Shown piece by piece: positions 60,101-64,000 of a DNA stretch of 64,000 nucleotides; the stretch's first letter is position 1; each line of letters starts with the position of its first letter. Source of the DNA: Glycera tridactyla (taxonomy: Eukaryota); the NCBI GenBank assembly GCA_965644265.1, contig OZ286460.1, positions 11,160,001 through 11,224,000 of the forward strand. The letters are read 5' to 3'. The position numbers and the translations under genes were made by a program. The notes under the pieces were generated by a model. That model ran no database searches. It was not told the DNA's origin and was given only the letters and a program-made list of their open reading frames with translations.

Positions 60101-62960
60101 TGAGGGTGGATGTCTCACCAAGCATTAGATATATTGGCTGAGGGTGGATGTCTCACCTAGCATTGGGTATATCGGCTGAGGGTGGATGTCTCACCTAGCA
60201 TTGGGTATGTCTGCTGAGGGTGGATGTCTCACCTAGCATTGAGTATATCGGCTGAGGGTGGATGTCTCACCTAGCATTGGGTATATCAGCTGAGGGTGGG
60301 TGTCTCACCTAGCATTGGGTATATCTGCTGAGGGTGGGTGTCTCACCTGGCATTGGGTATATCAGCTGAGGGGGGATGTCTCACCTAGCATTGGGTATAT
60401 CAGCTGAGGGTGGATGTCTCACCTAGCATTGAGTATATCTGCTGAGAGTGGATGTCTCACCTAGCATTGGGTATATCAGCTGAGGGTGGATGTCTCACCT
60501 AGCATTGGGTATATCAGCTGAGGGGGATGTCTCACCTAGCATTGAGTATATCGGCTGAGGGTGGATGTCTCACCTAGCATTAGGTATATCTGCTGAGGGT
60601 GGATGTCTCACCTAGCATTGGGTATATCAGCAGAGGGTGGATGTCTCACCAAGCATTGGGTATATCAGCTGAGGGTGGATGTCTCACCTAGCATTGAGTA
60701 TATCTGCTGAGAGTGGATGTCTCACCTAGCATTGGGTATATCAGCTGAGGGTGGATGTCTCACCTAGCATTGGGTATATCGGCTGAGGGTGGATGTCTCA
60801 CCTAGCATTGGGTATATCTGCTGAGGGTGGATGTCTCACCTAGCATTGAGTATATCAGCTGAGGGTGGATGTCTCACCTAGCATTGGGTATATCAGCTGA
60901 GGGTGGATGTCTCACCTAGCATTGGGTATATCAGCTGAGGGAGGATGTCTCACCCAGCATTGGGTATATCAGCTGAGGGTGGATGTCTCACCTAGCATTG
61001 GGTATATCAGCAGAGGGTGGATGTCTCACCTAGCATTGGGTATATCAGCTGAGGGTGGATGTCTCACCTAGCATTGAGTATATCGGCTGAGGGTGGATGT
61101 CTCACCTAGCATTGAGTATATCAGCTGAGGGTGGATGTCTCACCTAGCATTGGGTATATCGGCTGAGGGTGGATGTCTCACCTAGCATTGGGTATATCAG
61201 CTGAGGGTGGATGTCTCACCTAGCATTGGGTATATCAGCAGAGGGTGGATGTCTCACCTAGCATTGGGTATATCAGCTGAGGGTGGATGTCTCACCTAGC
61301 ATTGAGTATATCGGCTGAGGGTGGATGTCTCACCTAGCATTGAGTATATCAGCTGAGGGTGGATGTCTCACCTAGCATTGGGTATATCGGCTGAGGGTGG
61401 ATGTCTCACCTAGCATTGGGTATATCAGCTGAGGGTGGATGTCTCACCTGGTATTGGGTATATCAGCTGAGGGTGGATGTCTCATCTAGCATTGGGTATA
61501 TCAGCTGAGGGTGGATGTCTCACCTAGCATTGAGTATATCGGCTGAGGGTGGATGTCTCACCTAGCATCGGGTATATCGGCTGAGGGTGGATGTCTCACC
61601 TAGCATTGGGTATATCGGCTGAGGGTGGATGTCTCACCTAGCATTGGGTATATCAGCTGAGGGTGGGTGTCTCACCTGGCATTGGGTATATCAGCTGAGG
61701 GTGGATGTCTCACCTAGCATTGGGTATATCGGCTGAGGGTGGATGTCTCACCTAGCATTGGGTATATCAGCTGAGGGTGGATGTCTCACCTAGCATTGGG
61801 TATATCAGCTGAGGGTGGATGTCTCACCTAGCATTGGGTATATCAGCTGAGAGTGGATGTCTCACCTGGCATTGAATATATCAGCTGAGGGTGGATGTCT
61901 CACCTAGCATTGGGTATATCAGCTGAGGGTGGATGTCTCACCTAGCATTGGGTATATCAGCTGAGGGGGGATGTCTCACCTAGCATTGGGTATATCAGCT
62001 GAGGGTGGATGTCTCACCTAGCATTGGGTATATCTGCTGAGGGTGGATGTCTCACCTAGCATTGGGTATATCGGCTGAGGGTGGATGTCTCACCTAGCAT
62101 TGGGTATATCAGCTGAGGGAGGATGTCTCACCTAGCATTGAGTATATCAGCTGAGAGTGGATGTCTCACCTAGCATGGGGTATATCAGCTGAGGGTGGAT
62201 GTCTCACCTAGCATTGGGTATATCAGCAGAGGGTGGATGTCTCACCTAGCATTGGGTATATCTGCTGAGGGTGGGTGTCTCACCTGGCATTGGGTATATC
62301 GGCTGAGGGTGGATGTCTCACCTAGCATTGGTCATATCAGCTGAGGGTGGATGTCTCACCTAGCATTGGGTATATCAGCTGAGAGTGGATGTCTCACCTA
62401 GCATTGGGTATATCAGCTGAGGGTGGATGTCTCACCTAGCATTGGGTATATCGGCTGAGGGTGGATGTCTCACCTAGCATTGGGTATATCAGCTGAGGGT
62501 GGATGTCTCACCTAGCATTGGGTATATCAGCTGAGGGTGGATGTCTCACCTAGCATTGGGTATATCTGCTGAGGGTGGATGTCTCACCTAGCATTGGGTA
62601 TATCGGCTGAGGGTGGATGTCTCACCTAGCATTGGGTATATCAGCTGAGGGTGGATGTCTCACCTAGCATTGGGTATATCGGCTGAGGGTGGATGTCTCA
62701 CCTAGCATTGAGTATATCGGCTGAGGGTGGATGTCTCACCTAGCATTGGGTATATCGGCTGAGAGTGGATGTCTCACCTAGCATTGGGTATATCAGCTGA
62801 GGGTGGATGTCTCACCTAGCATTGAGTATATCGGCTGAGGGTGGATGTCTCACCAAGCATTGGGTATATCAGCTGAGAGTGGATGTCTCACCTAGCATTG
62901 GGTATATCAGCTGAGGGTGGATGTCTCACCTAGCATTGGGTATATCGGCTGAGGGGGAAT
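57165..62960. repeat. 38-bp satellite, about 150 copies
   Basis: Unit gggtggatgtctcacctagcattgggtatatcagctga; degenerate units at both ends. Confidence 0.98.
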
Positions 62961-63042
62961 TTCTCACTTCGCATTAAGTATAATCGCAGAAATTCATCAC
63001 TGTGTGTTCAACCTATTTTCTGAAGTTTGATTTTTCACCTCG

Positions 63043-63147
63043 AAGTCGAACCTCCTCCAAAGACCACCTCTCTATAAAGACCACCTCCCTAAAAAGACCG
63101 CTTTTTGATGCGCCCGAAGGCGGTCTTTATAGGGAGGTTCGACTGTA
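63043..63147. mobile_element. Small Tc1/mariner(pogo)-type MITE
   Basis: gtcgaacctc...gaggttcgactgTA ends, internal aagaccacctc duplication and gaccg/cggtc hairpin; left end mutated. Confidence 0.65.
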
Positions 63148-64000
63148 TATGTGACAAAGTTGGATTCATCTCTCTGTATTAAATATATCTGCAGATGTGG
63201 GCGTTCCTCACCTTGTATGACTATGACGTATGTCTGCTCGGGATTGCCTGAGCCCTCCAAGCTCTCCGCTTCCTGTTGAAGGCAACGTGTGAGCGAGTCA
63301 TCCGTTTCGAGGCATGTAGGTGTGAAAAACTGAAAGGCTGGCTTTAACACCTGACCATCTGCTCTCAGCACCTCAACCCAGTAGCGTGAGTGAAAGGTCA
63401 GCCCAGTGAGCGTATGTGAGCCCTTTAAAAAAAATGCACCATTAAGACATTATTTTCACTGGTTTCCTGTGCGGTGTATAGCTCTCAACTTTCATGAGTC
63501 AAGCTCAGTTTTAACTCAACAATATTCTTGGATAACAAGTGATCATTCACTTCAGAGTTCGGAGTATTGTATCTGCGAGGGCACAACCAAGTCTAAGATG
63601 GTTTCACACTTTCACTATGGGATTGTCAATTTTTAGTTGTGAAATCTTGTCTTAGTATCCCTGATAAGGGTGAAGATGAAGTAATAACACACGGATTTCT
63701 TGCAATGAGTGGAGATTCTTGACCAGTGGTTGATGTTCAATTTCTGTCTGTCTGAATACCGTTCATACTCATACCTGGTATAACTGATTGAATTTTGAGA
63801 TATGGGATGGAAGAGAGATAGATAGATTAGAGGAGAGAGAGAGGGGTGTTGAGGNNNNNNNNNNNNNNNNNNNNNNNNNNNNNNNNNNNNNNNNNNNNNN
63901 NNNNNNNNNNNNNNNNNNNNNNNNNNNNNNNNNNNNNNNNNNNNNNNNNNNNNNNNNNNNNNNNNNNNNNNNNNNNNNNNNNNNNNNNNNNNATGAGGAG

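Noticed and set aside
57165-62960. 38-bp repeat as CRISPR or a ribozyme array
   Set aside because: No spacers, and no CUGAUGA/GAAA hammerhead core on either strand.

Overview
Repeat-rich animal genomic DNA, probably from an invertebrate (taxon cannot be determined), with seven N-gaps. From left to right: (1) an intact Ty3/Gypsy pol ORF with a long ORF-less tail. (2) A minus-strand spliced host gene that I reconstructed from splice sites and phases. Four exons (47571-47533, 35817-35757, 35218-34977, 21137-20820) give a 219-aa OTU deubiquitinase-like protein. Beyond its stop codon lies a phase-compatible but decayed 3' half: a triplicated acidic exon plus two stop-containing exons reaching about 9.8 kb. 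(3) Three tyrosine-recombinase (YR) retroelements sit in the introns of this gene: a decayed minus-strand DIRS1-type copy whose YR coding sequence spawned a minisatellite; a plus-strand DIRS1-type copy nested in a Sola-like TIR element that is itself inserted in a 64-bp satellite; and a nearly intact Ngaro-like element with an SGNH hydrolase ORF 5' of gag. (4) MITEs, LINE/SINE remnants, microsatellites and several tandem arrays (31/32, 38, 64, 84, 87, 165 bp), two with clear higher-order structure. No rRNA, tRNA or CRISPR features are supported. Family assignments come from motif recognition, not database searches.
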